Of a DNA stretch of 6,980 nt, positions 6,617 to 6,980 are shown in pieces (positions within the stretch are counted from its first letter, which is position 1; every line of letters begins with the position of its first letter). The stretch is from contig NW_021829135.1 in assembly GCF_006345805.1 (NCBI RefSeq), positions 1-6,980 on the forward strand. The letters are read 5' to 3'. The position numbers and the translations under genes were made by a program. The notes beneath the pieces are model-generated. The model did not search any database, was not told the DNA's origin, and saw nothing but the letters and a program-made list of their open reading frames with translations. The stretch is from Octopus sinensis. Its lineage: Eukaryota.

Positions 6617-6811
6617 GGCGGCGAGCTGGCAGAATCGTTAAGCACGCCGGGTGAAATGCTTAGTGGTCTTTCGCCTGCCTCTACGTTCTGAGTTCAAATT
6701 CCGCCGAGGTGGACTTTGCCTTTCATCCTTTCGCGGTCGATTAAATAAGTACCAGTTACGCACTTACCCCCTCTCCGCAAATTTTAGGCCTTGTGCCTAT
6801 AGTAGAAAGGA

Positions 6812-6874
<63 letters not shown>
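6617..6874 (+). mobile_element. SINE family C copy 2 with (ATT)n tail
   Basis: Head GGCGGCGAGCTGGCAGAATCG, B box GAGTTCAAATTCC, body to 6810 and (ATT)n 6811-6874. It lacks the GTCGAT-N3-ATCGAC hairpin segment. Confidence 0.92.
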
Positions 6875-6876
<2 letters not shown>

Positions 6877-6877
<1 letters not shown>

Positions 6878-6980
6878 AGGTCGACTTTGCTTTTCATCAT
6901 TTTGGGTCGATAAAATAAGTACCAGTCGGACACTGGAGTTGGTATAATCAACTATTCCCCTCCCCAAAACGTCAGGCCTT
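6877..6980 (+). mobile_element. SINE family C copy 3, 5'-truncated, runs off the window end
   Basis: Begins at GAGGTCGACTTTGC and aligns to the bodies of copies 1 and 2. Confidence 0.88.

Noticed and set aside
6531-6875. Repeat-spacer-like periodicity and the 74-aa poly-Tyr ORF
   Set aside because: These are SINE copies with (ATT)n tails, not a CRISPR array or a gene.

Overview
AT-rich, microsatellite-dense eukaryotic DNA. The SINE families resemble those I recall from octopus/coleoid cephalopods, but this is recognition, not a database result. There are three tRNA-derived SINE families: A (444-765, plus a 5'-truncated copy with a 13-bp TSD at 5422-5531), B (999-1488 and 4029-4459) and C (three head-to-tail copies from 6379). 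The window also holds a ~316-bp TA-flanked fold-back element (MITE-like, 1501-1816) whose first 220 bp are duplicated at 779-998 on the other side of a SINE B copy, a decayed RTE-clade LINE fragment (~5580-5926, minus), a solitary tRNA-like sequence (5258-5329) and long GAA-rich, CA, TA, GA and ATT repeats. Three or four GC-richer islands on the minus strand (4857-5033, 4637-4697, 3426/3288-3484, 2382-2491) have splice signals and join in frame, suggesting the 3' end of a spliced gene of unrecognised family. Most ORFs in the supplied track are microsatellite, SINE or antisense artefacts. No clearly novel biological system is demonstrated. The best leads are the 220-bp duplication around a SINE, the candidate gene with alternative reading frames, and a stem-loop shared by two SINE families.
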